Below are positions 35,709-47,263 of a stretch of DNA of 64,000 nucleotides, piece after piece; position 1 is the stretch's first letter; each line of letters starts with the position of its first letter. Under the pieces are notes generated by a model that did not search any database, was not told the DNA's origin, and was given only the letters and a program-made list of their open reading frames with translations. A program made the translations under genes and the position numbers. This stretch comes from Pseudovirgaria hyperparasitica (Eukaryota). The stretch lies in NCBI GenBank assembly GCA_010093815.1, contig ML996567.1; one strand, written 5' to 3'.

Positions 35709-37646
35709 AATGGCCTAATGCGAGATAAACAAAGAGGTTGAGATTGATGTGAATGCTTGTTATAACAAAGTTTAGAACGTACCAGACAGCGGGATCTTGT
35801 GTTTGGGGGTCTGTACCATTCTTACGGAGCGAAACGTACCCTTATATCACGAACCAGATCATGCATGAATAGGTCAATAGCTTTGCCATATCAGAGCCGA
35901 GATTCATTTTCCGGCACAGTGGCGCATATCATGCATTGAATCTCGGCCGCTTGTATTCAAATGAGCGTGGTAAACAGTGACAACCGATTTATTTACAGAG
36001 GCGAGCGATCTAGGACCCACCGGTCGTTGGACGTTGCAATGTATTGTCTGGAAAATCCTGGACAGATTATCACTATGAAACATGATCTGGCCAGAACATT
36101 TGTGCTTTTTCACTTCGATGCGAGCCGAATGACTTACTGATATGATGTCGAACAGTCATTTCGTTACCTAGACTACTTCTTCGTGGCCAATAGGATTCAT
36201 TCGATGTGAGCTTACGCTACAGACGACGACGAGCAGCGCCATTAGGCTGAATATGCATGACATGATTCCAGACACGGATACGACAAGCTTCAGTCAAGCC
36301 CTTGTTATATCGGAGGCGCAGTGTTGATCCACTGTTCTAGGACACGAACACGACACGCCTGTCAGCAAAACATGGACAAGCTGTTACTGTTCCTAGGCGG
36401 ATGTGACCAAATCATCGTATACCAAGCATGTCAGATGCAAGCTTTCCCGATCTTGAAAGCTCGGCCATCATATTCGTTCTCAGGTTCGATAGTTTTCGAT
36501 CCCAGTCGCATGGATCTAGCGCATACAGGGCGGACATGAAGTTCCGGAAGAGAGCGGCCGGTAAGTGACGGGGCGGCGGATGAGGTGTCGGAAAAAGTAA
36601 AGCTGAGTCTGCCTAGAACGTTCATGGTACAATTCGTGTAACTTGGCCACTCGCCAAGGGCCAAGGAAGGTTGAATTCAACAAGCTTCAGAGTTCTCCGA
36701 GTGAGAGACATCTTCCGACACTATAAGGAATACTACAAGCTGGTGCGTAGAAACATAAATCCCCGCGAACTCTACACGGCTTACAAAAGTGGTCGGGGTT
36801 TGTAGATAACCTTATGGAGTGGGACGATGATCCTCTACGAATACGGATAGCGAGGCCTGCAGGAATCCTCTTGGACTGAGGGTGAGAACACTTGCGTGCG
36901 ACACTCAGAAAGTCAGAATCTACACCAGGTGATTGCCGAAGACTGGCGGGTAGAGCATGTTCGAGCCCTGAATATATCGAGGCCTTGAGGTGAGGAGATT
37001 AAAGAGAGTGCTATACTTCGTCTGTCATTTGCTCAGTCAGCCAGTGAATGATTGTATGGTGGATGTTCTGGTCTCTTGGTAGGTGCGCCCGCGACATGTT
37101 GTATTATTAGAGCCACTAATACCGCATGAGCAATCCCTCGTCAGCGCCAAAAGGCTCAACTCCTGAGTTGCAAGCTCAAATGATGATGAAAGAATTTCAG
37201 CGCCGTTGGAGTGGTGAGAGAAATTTGGTGATAGACGAATGGTGTTGCGATCCTACTAATCCATGGCGCTCCATCCATAGCGTCGGGCAGCCTTGGGCGA
37301 AGGGATCCTGGCACGTGCTGCAGATGTCATTTTAATCCGCAAAGTAAACACCAAACAATGTCTCCCAACATGTTTCATGCCCAAACAAGCAATCTCTCCT
37401 CTTCGTTCTTCTTCCTCTCGCCATGACCGTGCTCTCCTTCACGTCCAACATTGTCAGCCATTCCTGTACAACAGGCCTCCATCCCGTATCGGCGAATGAC
37501 CAGTAGTTTCTCCTAATTCCACCTCCGTCACCGGGCGTCGCGACAGGACAACACGAGACACACGCGCATCAAGCTTTCTCTGCGTTCTCCTGATTATCGA
37601 TAGACTCAACATCCGCATCACGATACTCTCCTTATAGACGACCACC

Positions 37647-38586
37647 ATGAACAACGACCTCGAAGCCAAAATCGTAGTGCTTGGTAGCCAAGGGGTCGGC
37701 AAGACATCCCTCGTGCACAGATATGTCAAAAATGCATTCGTACCACCAACGACAATGTCCACCATAGGCGCATCGTTCTTGACGAAGAAGGTAGTAGACA
37801 TAGATACATCCACCATTGTACGTCTACAAATCTGGGACACTGCAGGGCAAGAAAGATTCAGGAGTATATCAAAGCTTTACTATCGAGGTAAAAAAACATC
37901 CTGATGGACCTCACCACATCTACTAATGAGTATATTGTGAAGGTGCTAATGCCGCTGTTCTCTGCTACGACATCACCGACCCAACCTCCTTCGAGGAAAT
38001 GGGCCGCTGGTTCAAAGAACTAAAGGCTAACCTCGGCTCCGACATCATCCTTCACGTTGTCGGCACAAAAAGCGATATCGTCGCGCGAGACCCTTCCCTC
38101 CTCAAAGTGCCTTTCGAGCGCTGCATCGCATATGTCGCAGAGAACCTTTTCCCACCAACACAAGCACAGCAAGGCAGAGACAAGGACGACAATGCCGCGC
38201 TTGCGTCACCACAGAGTAACCGCAGCAGCGGATTCTGGGGGCAAGACGTTGGATGGGATTGTTGTCACGAGATAAGTGCGAAAGATGGGGAGGGCGTGGA
38301 AGAAGTCTTCAGGGTCATAACGCGGAAGCTAGTCGAGCAACGAAATAAGAAGATGGAAGAAGACGTGGCATTGTTCTCTGGTATGACTCCCGGTATCAAT
38401 GGGAATGTCAACGGATACTTTGATCATCCCGGTGCGGGAAGTGGGAGTTTTAGATTGGGCATGGGGGATAAACGGCGAAGTTGGCTGGGCTTTCCGACCA
38501 CCCCGGCGGTAGGGGGCACAACTGAAGAGGAGTGGCAAGCGGATATGGAAAGGATCAGGTCGAAGGAAGGTGGGAAGTGTTGTTGA
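37647..38586 (+). CDS. Rab-family small GTPase (Rab5/Rab24-related)
   Basis: GSQGVGKTS, STIGASF, WDTAGQERFRS, GTKSD, EISAK, C-terminal CC; intron 37888-37942. Confidence 0.92.
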
Positions 38587-38906
38587 TGCATTTGAGCGTG
38601 TCGTAGGCTGCATGGGAGCGAGTATTGTATACGTTGACACCTTGTCATGCAGGCGTTATTCTGTTTGGGTGGCATTTTCTAGGGCGCTGGTGGATATTGC
38701 AATTGGTTTATACTCATTCCTCGCGGATTCTGTAGACCATACTTGAGAAGATTCTAGAGCGCCGAGCGCCATTTCTTCCTTGAGAGTTTCGAGACCACGT
38801 TTCAGCGACATGATTCTTGTCTAGGTCCAATGTGACCCCTTCCTCTACACCGTCTCATACTATTTGCAACCCTCTCTTGATCCATATATTACCACCGGGT
38901 ATCGCC

Positions 38907-39595
38907 TCATTTCTTCTCGTCTCCACCACCACCTCCCGCCACAAGCTGTATCAACAAGAATAGTGCAATTGCCCACCAGTACCTGTATCACTCATTAGCA
39001 CAGATTCACCACTGGGATGCTCATCAACAACTCACTTTTGAATGAAACTCTTCTCTGGCTCCTTGCCCTCGACCTTTCCCTCCTTATTCAAGACCACCGG
39101 CTTGTTGAAATGCACCTGCGGCCCAACACCTTTCTTTACTACTTCAACCAATATCTCATCTTCCGCCGCACTGTGGTCGTTCTCTCCATTTCCCGCCTTG
39201 TTCGGGGGTGACTGCACGCCACGACCAGATGTCGCGAACCCGATGTGGTATATTTCGCCGGCGTCATCGACGTGCAGTATGAGCGTCTTTTGGTAGGTGG
39301 GCGAGAAGGATAGGATCGAGGTTGCGACGCTCGGTGACGAGGAGGGGTTATTGAGGAAAATTCGAGTCAATGGGGACGATGTGGCTTTCGGGTCACCAGA
39401 CGGAATATCTTTCGGGGGGTTGTACGATAGGATTTCTGCGGATAGGGTCGTCGGGTCGTAATTGAGTGTGAGGAGAGTCGCCGGGGTGTTACTTGTGGAT
39501 GAGACGGGAGAGGTGTAGATTGTGAGAGGCTGGGGGGCGGCAAGGAGAAGGGTTGGGACGAGGGCGAGAGCGCTGAGGGAGATGCGCATTTTCAT
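38907..39595 (-). CDS. EMC10: ER membrane complex subunit 10-like protein, 2 exons
   Basis: Signal peptide; GP..FNKPVVL...EPEKSFIQK spliced to YWWAIALFLLIQLVAGGGG, the typical EMC10-like C-terminal membrane anchor. Confidence 0.7.
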
Positions 39596-40492
39596 TCCTG
39601 GTGGGCGGATAATCCGCTGTTGTTGATCTAAACGGGGTTGCTTCGATGCGAGCCTGAGAGCTGGAAGTTGATGGCGATAGGACGCTAGTCCTCATACGGG
39701 TTATATTCTCATTGGCTTCGATGGATGAATCTTTTAACTTCTTTTCCGTCAAGGTGCATACCTAATAGGTCCTACGATAACGGATAGAGTGATGCACAGC
39801 CCTGGATACACATTGTGTTTGGTGCACCCCCAGCGGCGCACTCAGTGGAAGTGAATCATCAAACGTTGAGCCACTTTCAGCATCACTTGGAGTTCCATCC
39901 GGTTCAAACCTAACACAATTTCTGTGTCTTTACGCACTCAAAGGTCGCAAATCATGAGGTTGTTCAAACTGGTACCATTTTTCTCAGATTATCGTAAAGG
40001 TTGCTGTTAGACCCTGAATACCATTCGGGATGACAGCAACGTATAACAAGGGCATTTATTCTTTCAACCTTTCAATCATGGGTCAAAGAGCCCTTCATAG
40101 GACTATTGTGGTGGTCTTTCAAGGTCTCGCCCTACCTAGTCGAGTATGCGAGCATGAATAAGGCGTGTTCGTTCGGATCATTCACTTCTCTTCATATGAA
40201 ACAAGCATATTCAGGAGGAAGAATCCTCGTTCAATTGTTACACGTGCTATTGTTCATCTTTAGCACAATAAATTTCTTTCTATTCGCGTTCCATTCATCA
40301 CAAGACCAGATGAACATCTATATAAGCCCCATTTTTCAGCTAAGGTCATCATCTGTTCTTGCCCATATTCTTGCGACCTTTCTTGTGGCTACTTTGCGAC
40401 ATACATACCTTTCCTATACACGTACGCTATCTCGAAATACCACTAAGCTTCATCGTTCTGTATTTTATCCATCACAGCACATCGCAACGGAG

Positions 40493-42162
40493 ATGGCGCC
40501 GAAACGCACGCACTCGGCCACCATATCAGATCCGAATGACATGAAGGTCGTATCAAATGACTCCAGCAGACAGAGAAGAGCTAGTAGTCAGGTTCCGAAA
40601 GTAAAGCTTCCGAGAAAGACCTCCGTTACCCATAGTACATCTATGGCCGCAAAAGCGACTATTATAGATAGAGAACGTGCCGCAGAAGCTGCATCTGCAG
40701 AACAACCAATGGAGCCGCCTCGACGATTTACACGACAAAACTCAACAGTGATTGGAGATACCTTTGAGGGCGAGAACCGCAAAGTCGTACCAAAAGGTCA
40801 AGTCATTGGTCAGATCCCGAAACCGGCAGATGTTCCTGAGGAAACCCAGGCTGAGGCGCTCAAAACGTCAACGAAATTACCTCTCATCGAAGAGGGGCAG
40901 CTAGGTGAGGACATCCTGATGCCAATATCAATAGCTAGGTACACAGTCTGACGTCCCTTCAGATGATCTCGACCTAGTGTCTCCTCGTGGGACCTTCCAT
41001 GGCCGCGATGAGGACGCTTCAGTTCGTCAAGCCCCTGGCGGGATTGATACACCGGAATTTATCGCACACGATGCGAAAGTCCAGATCGAGAAAAGTACAG
41101 TTACAGCTTCTAGAAAGCAAGCCTGTAGATCCACGACTGGAGGACGGGTTCTGCGGTCTGAGAGTAAAGGATTTGCCTCGTCTCATGACTACGAGGCTGT
41201 GCTTGGTGAGAGCGATTCAAGAAACACGAGCTCTGGTAAGTCATATGAAGGGACCTAAACTCTAAGCCGCACCCTGTATCAATTAAAGCCTTACTGACTC
41301 TACTATAGATGAAGAGAGCTCCGATCCGGATGTGCAGCCCAATGTATGGACGGCTGAAATCTCCGCTGAACATGACATGGCTGTACTAAAGGGTCTGGTA
41401 CAGCGTCTAAACCATGCGACTGCTGTGCTCGATAATCCTAATAAGGTCATAGCAGAGCTGGAACACAGGGTCAAATCCCTCAATCGGGAACTCGCAAAAA
41501 TCAGAACCGGTAAGGAGCTACATGAAAAAGCACGCCGTATAATCAAGAGGATGCGAAAAGCGCACGACAGCCATACCAAAACCTTACGAGATGGCTACGA
41601 AAGCCAAATCAGAGATTTGAAGAGAGATTACGACCACAGTGAAAAAGAGTCGGGGATGAACGAGGACGAACTGCTCCTGGCAAGAGTTAGAATCGAGGAG
41701 CTAAACAAACAGCTCAAGCGCTACAAATCAAGATGTGAAGAACAAGCTGATCAAATCAAGTTCTATGAACAAGCCAAGTCTTTGCCCATGGCCAATGATG
41801 CGCCTTCGCTCGGACAAGATACCACGCAGGCTGCAGAATCGATGGGTGAACCTGCCGGTAAATCAAGTGGTAGCAACAGCGCGCCGCCCGTTGTTGAAAG
41901 TTCTAACGCCCTGGTCACGACGAGAAAGCGGAAGTCGAGTGACGGCTCGTCCGGATTAGCAGGTGTGCTTGACGACGACGATTCGTTTGGACTTTATGAT
42001 GACCCTCCGCCGATCAAAAAAGCCAAGATTAGTGAAGATACCAAGGCCCATGGCAAGACTCTGGACCGATCGACTGAGAACTTAGGACAAGGAGGAAAGA
42101 CAACGAGGGTAGCTTGTGAGGAGACAGATGTATCGAACGAAGTTGGAAGTACTGCAGACTAG
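40493..42162 (+). CDS. Hypothetical low-complexity/coiled-coil protein, probably 3 exons
   Basis: MAPKR start; ORFs 40106, 40977 and 41332 joinable by introns 40905-40938 (short) and 41236-41308; heptad-rich segment and NLS-like RKRK, PPIKKAK. Confidence 0.6.
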
Positions 42163-43549
42163 AGACTACATATATGAAGATTGTCTCGGGAATTCAGGCA
42201 TCGGATGTAGTATGGACCGTGCAAGTCCGAATCGTGAGCATAAGTTTACAGCAATGAGACGGAAGAGGAACTTTGTACGCATAGATTTCATATGTGTGCT
42301 GCACTGCACTTTCTCATGTTGCGGTTCATCGTCCGGACCGCAACTGGGTCCAGACACGCGGTGCCCAAGCATAAACGTTACCCTGACGATGAACATGTCT
42401 ACAGTGACACATGCGAGCTCGAGGCTCCTATCGTCAAATTAACATTGACTGCGCCCTTCTACACTGCGCTATGTGATCTCTCATATATAGTATACGCTTC
42501 CTCCCGGCAACAAAGATCAGACTGGTAGTACGATATTCAACGATCAGCTTGTTGGGATGCTCCATCTGGTCGACAAGTTCTACAATCGCTTGGTGGTGCG
42601 GTGGCGCCTTCCATGAGCCATTTCAGAGAGCCTTCGGGTGCTAGAACGGCACATTTTCACGACCAATTGAGCCGACATCGCTTGAACACGATAAGGTCTG
42701 AGACGTATGGAAAGGATACTGGGCGAAGAATCCAAGGAATCTTCTTGAGAAGGCCCTTGAGTGGTACATAAAACTTCTGAACATCCACTTGAGCTCGGGG
42801 CCTATGACAGGTCAAGCCTAAGAAGAATTATTCCCGTGAAAGTATCGTATCGAGCCCATCGACGGGGATCTTGTCTCCTCACAGGCAACGATCTGGAAAA
42901 AAAATCTTGCAATGTTTAGTCGCACGAGACGATGCGCGTTGAAGGACCAAGGGGGCTTGAAGATAGCAACTATAGCAGACTTATAAGGCGCTATATAACA
43001 GTACAGCGGTATAAATGTACAACGACGTCCCCAGCATAAATTACTGAGTTCGGGTTGTACTGCATTTTCTCCCTCTCGTTGGTATATCTCTAAACCGATG
43101 AGATGAACTGCTGGTGATGAGAGGATTCGTGAACGGGCGCGTGCCGATTGGGTACGTGCCCGAGTGTTATTTAGACCATCTCAGTTTATTCTAGCACGCT
43201 CGAAGGCTAAGCTAATGTACGCTAGAACCAATCCGGATTATACGCCAAGCTCGGCCCATGAACAGCATTAATTCACATTTCTTCCTCATCGTCTTCAGCC
43301 TCACCTTAGCTCGACCACAGCCTTCGCGTTTAGTTTCTTAGGACATCGTATACTGTATCTACAACCACATAGATATAGGGGTAGTGGTCCCTAGAGTCAT
43401 GATGCCTCCATCATGATTCCACGACGCGCAAACATCCATTCATGCAATCCTACACGACGTTGATGACCGCTATATCTCCTTCAACCTCCTGAGATACGCC
43501 TGGCCTGAAGTGATCAAACGGATGCTATCGTCAGAGCTAATTTGTTGTC

Positions 43550-45109
43550 ATGCCCCGACAGACTCGCAACTCGACTAGCCTTGACGAGTCACCTGACTAC
43601 GCATCCTCGAGTGCCATGCGTACGAAAACTCGCCGGGGCCATACGAAGTCTCGAAACGGGTGTGCTGAATGCAAAAGACGTCATATCCGCTGCGATGAAC
43701 GTCGGCCCTCGTGCGCAAATTGTGCAGTCGCAGAGCGCATCTGTTTCTTCCCACCGCCTAAGAAAAAAAGGGGGAAGCAGGATGCTGCGCAGGAACAACA
43801 GTCGAATGAAACTCATGGATTCTCGCCAGAGTGCAGAGCGAGTAGTCACAGTACACCATGCGTTATCGATACTGCGGATATGGAGCACCCGCAGATACCA
43901 CCGCCAAGTCGTCGACAACACACTCGATCAGATCCTGAGCGAGCACCAAATAACCTCTCTCAGACCTGTTCTCTGAGGCATGACGCCAATCAGTTCCTCA
44001 GTGGTCTTGAGCTTAACGATCGAGAAGTTCCTTCTCCAGACCCATCTTTGCAATTGGGCGATATGCACACATCGTTACCTAGCTATCCTGGATTTTCAGA
44101 AGTTTCAGACCTCAATTCCAAGGCCACCTTTACGTCCCAGCATATGATCCTGTTATACCATGCCCATATAGTGCCAAACATCTGCGGGCCAAACAGGATC
44201 GTTATTGACATTGCCATTCGTCGCGCTGTCGATTCTCCCTACCTCCTAGATGAAGTTCTTGCTTTCATAGCTTTTCATATGACTTATTTGTATCCTGGAT
44301 CAGCCATACATCTCCGACACCTCGCTACAGAACTCCAGACTCGTGCTGTTGCCTCCTTTACCAGCCTCACGGAATCGGTTCCCAAGGATGACAGAGCCAC
44401 CGCCGTTCCTCGGTTTCTTTTCTCCGCGATCTTAGGCCGGCATGCTCTCGCTGATACCCTTGCCAACTATCGCTCTGACTTTCAGACATTCATCGATCGG
44501 CTCGTAGAATGTTTCAGTCTCAATCGTGGGGTCACCTCTGTCACTCCTCCAGCTCGTCTATATCTCCATGACTCAGAGATCAAGCCCCTTCTTACTGTTG
44601 TTCTCGACGCTTACGCTAAGGTCCTTACGCCAGGCAACGAATGTGATCCTTTGCGCCGGCTTCTAGACGACTCTGATCTCAGTGAGACTAGTACCACAGC
44701 CTGTCGCCAAGCTATTGAAATCCTTCAATGCTCCTTTGATATCTGCCACCATCTTGACGTCGAGGATTATCCACAATCTGCTTCGGTGTTCTCTGTAAAG
44801 GTAGAGGGCGGCTTTGTGGACATGTTACGGAAGCATCGTCCGGAGGCTCTTGTCATTCTCGCATACTTTGGTGTCTTGCTACACCGATGTCATGGCTTTT
44901 GGGCCTTCGGTGATGCTGGTGCTGTAATGATACGCGCCATTGCTGGCCACCTGGGGAGCTATTGGCAAGCGCCACTTGCATGGCCGCTTCATGTGATAGA
45001 GATGGAGCGTAGGCCAGAGCCTGCAAATATGGCTTCGATGCAGGTCAATTCCTCAGATTCGTCACGTACGCCAGTCCCAGGGTGTCCAAACAGTTCTATA
45101 CCATCATAA
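43550..45109 (+). CDS. Zn2Cys6 transcription factor, UPC2-like
   Basis: RRGHTKSRNGCAECKRRHIRCDERRPSCANC..C; C-terminal PEALVILAYFGVLLH..W...LAWP. Confidence 0.92.
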   Translation: MPRQTRNSTSLDESPDYASSSAMRTKTRRGHTKSRNGCAECKRRHIRCDERRPSCANCAVAERICFFPPPKKKRGKQDAAQEQQSNETHGFSPECRASSHSTPCVIDTADMEHPQIPPPSRRQHTRSDPERAPNNLSQTCSLRHDANQFLSGLELNDREVPSPDPSLQLGDMHTSLPSYPGFSEVSDLNSKATFTSQHMILLYHAHIVPNICGPNRIVIDIAIRRAVDSPYLLDEVLAFIAFHMTYLYPGSAIHLRHLATELQTRAVASFTSLTESVPKDDRATAVPRFLFSAILGRHALADTLANYRSDFQTFIDRLVECFSLNRGVTSVTPPARLYLHDSEIKPLLTVVLDAYAKVLTPGNECDPLRRLLDDSDLSETSTTACRQAIEILQCSFDICHHLDVEDYPQSASVFSVKVEGGFVDMLRKHRPEALVILAYFGVLLHRCHGFWAFGDAGAVMIRAIAGHLGSYWQAPLAWPLHVIEMERRPEPANMASMQVNSSDSSRTPVPGCPNSSIPS

Positions 45110-45226
45110 AAGGGAGGTTTCTACATAACTCAACGTGTCCTGACTCCTCTTACAGTCGCATCGCAATCCACCTATCCTCTAGAATCCAAGCAGCTGTCAA
45201 GCCATCCAAATACAACCCTTCTGCTA

Positions 45227-46123
45227 TCAAGCATCATTTCCAACATCTGCTTTATGCTCTTCGCCAGAAGAAGCCACATCCAGCCGACCGGGATACCACC
45301 ACGCAAACACACCAACCGTTCCCATCATGAGCACAGCGTCGAAAACATACAACGGCCACTCATGCCGCAGCAAATATCCGTCCGTGCCCATCACGTACTC
45401 CACAACTCGAAACACCGACCTCACCATAATCAGACCACTAACCACATACAACATCTTCATAACTCCAACCCATCTGCCACTCGCCCCTGTTGTAGCTGTT
45501 CGGACTTTCCTCATCCTCACATGCCAGATCCCCGCCGTTACCGCAAATAGCCCGAACCCCAAGATCTGCACCACCAGACCGCCAAGTATGATGTACTCCG
45601 CAGTCGTCTTGTTAAAGTTCCTGCTCGCCTGAAACCCGCCCCCTGTACCCTGCGCGAAGAACGACACGACATCAAGAAGCACAAAGAAACGCGTGAGATA
45701 TGCCGGACGTATCAGTGAGTAAGCCTCGCCGCGTACACTGCGTATGACGCGGCCGAGCGTCATGTATATCGATGCGGCGAAGAGTGCAGGCGCGATGAGT
45801 AGGAGAATGTTCTGCATTATGAAAGGCGGGAGGGGTGTGGATGTAGTGGTTTTGGCGAGGGCGCGCGCAATGTAACCGAGGACTTCGACTGCGAAGGGTG
45901 TGTCAGATGAGACTGACGATATCTGCGCGGGTTGAGGATAAAGGGGAGACTCACGAAGGCCGCCGATGATGAATGGGATTGCGAAGGCCGTGCGTGTGGT
46001 GATGCTCCTGTAGAGTACGGCCAGTGTGCCCAGGGCGAATAACACGGCGACGACGATTGCGCCGGGCTGTGTGGGGATGTAGTGGTAGAAGATGTATCCA
46101 TTTGGGGATGTTATAACCGCCAT
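45227..46123 (-). CDS. RTA1: RTA1-family 7-TM lipid-translocating exporter
   Basis: EVLGYIAR, LLIAPALFAASIYMTLGR, FVLLDVVSF..QG.GG, RSVFRVVEY..G.DGYL..HEWPLYVFD; in-frame 66-nt intron 45954-45889. Confidence 0.93.
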   Translation of the reverse strand: MAVITSPNGYIFYHYIPTQPGAIVVAVLFALGTLAVLYRSITTRTAFAIPFIIGGLRESPLYPQPAQISSVSSDTPFAVEVLGYIARALAKTTTSTPLPPFIMQNILLLIAPALFAASIYMTLGRVIRSVRGEAYSLIRPAYLTRFFVLLDVVSFFAQGTGGGFQASRNFNKTTAEYIILGGLVVQILGFGLFAVTAGIWHVRMRKVRTATTGASGRWVGVMKMLYVVSGLIMVRSVFRVVEYVMGTDGYLLRHEWPLYVFDAVLMMGTVGVFAWWYPGRLDVASSGEEHKADVGNDA

Positions 46124-47263
46124 AATGCAAAAAAACTAAATTTAAACGTGGTCTTTGACCGAACGATCAGGGGAAATGGTTTAAAAAGAAGCTCGAAAAA
46201 TCGTTATCTTAAAGTTGCGATGTTGAAACAACAAAAGTATACAGATCGAGTCTTTTTATATGTGTATACCAGATTTCCGCTCACTTCTGCGTCACTGCTG
46301 GCTATGTATATCACGCAACGTCACTGTGAGGCTCATCTACAAGCTGAATGAATGAATGTATTTCGCAAACATCCACGATACGAAAAAGCTCCGTACGGGA
46401 TCGTCGAACTCAAAACCTGCGACATAGCATACCGAACGGTAGAGTAACTACGGAAAAATCCGAGCACGCGATATACACGTACACGTAGAACAAAGGTCGT
46501 CCAGAGCACAAAATACGTGTAATTCAGTCGATGGTTATGGAGAACTTAAATACACGTATTTTAGGCAAAATACGCGTATTTACCACACGAGAGACACCAC
46601 TGCGGGCACTAGACAGGGATATAGGCTGCGCTAGATCCTACACTAAATGCTACGTGCTATCCGGAACAGCTTAGTGGGCGTCAGTGCAAGCTTATACATT
46701 ACTGAAATAGGCTAGACCTTTTCCGTGGCTGAAAGATATGTATGAGATCTCGGCGCTAGCAAGGCGAATTCGATATTTAGACTTTGGTGTGATGATGCAG
46801 TGCAAGATTTTCGGGACTGCACATCGCCTACAGCGTATGCTATCATAGCCTTGCTTGAAGGCTTGGATGATATTCGGTGGATAGGGGCGAAAGCTTGGCA
46901 AGGGTGAATAGATACGTGTATTTGGAGCTTGGCGTGCAGAGTGATATACAGCTTGTAAGCTTGTTGTGTATATGCGTTAGTCTAGTCAGAAATCTATGTT
47001 TGGCAGTGCAGTTCGTCATGGTTGCTTGGGGCTTTGGTGATGTGTACGTCATAGAGAAGCGGTGTATAGGGGGGCACTTTTATAAAGCTTCTGCCTCAAG
47101 ACAATCAATGTCGATATTTGACAATCAACTCGCTCTATACGACGATACCCGACAGACTTCCTCTCGTGGTGCTTACTCGTTACTCCTTTATTAGTAACTG
47201 AAGCCTATAGCTCGTTCTTCTCGAGCTTTTGAGCAGTGTGAATTTCTCGAAGCCAGCATCCAT

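Noticed and set aside
11000..36000. Starship giant transposon
   Set aside because: No DUF3435 captain gene and no terminal repeats visible in the window.
40905..40938. 34-nt intron as a novel ultra-short intron
   Set aside because: It restores the frame, but a frameshift or other splice sites are equally possible without transcript data.
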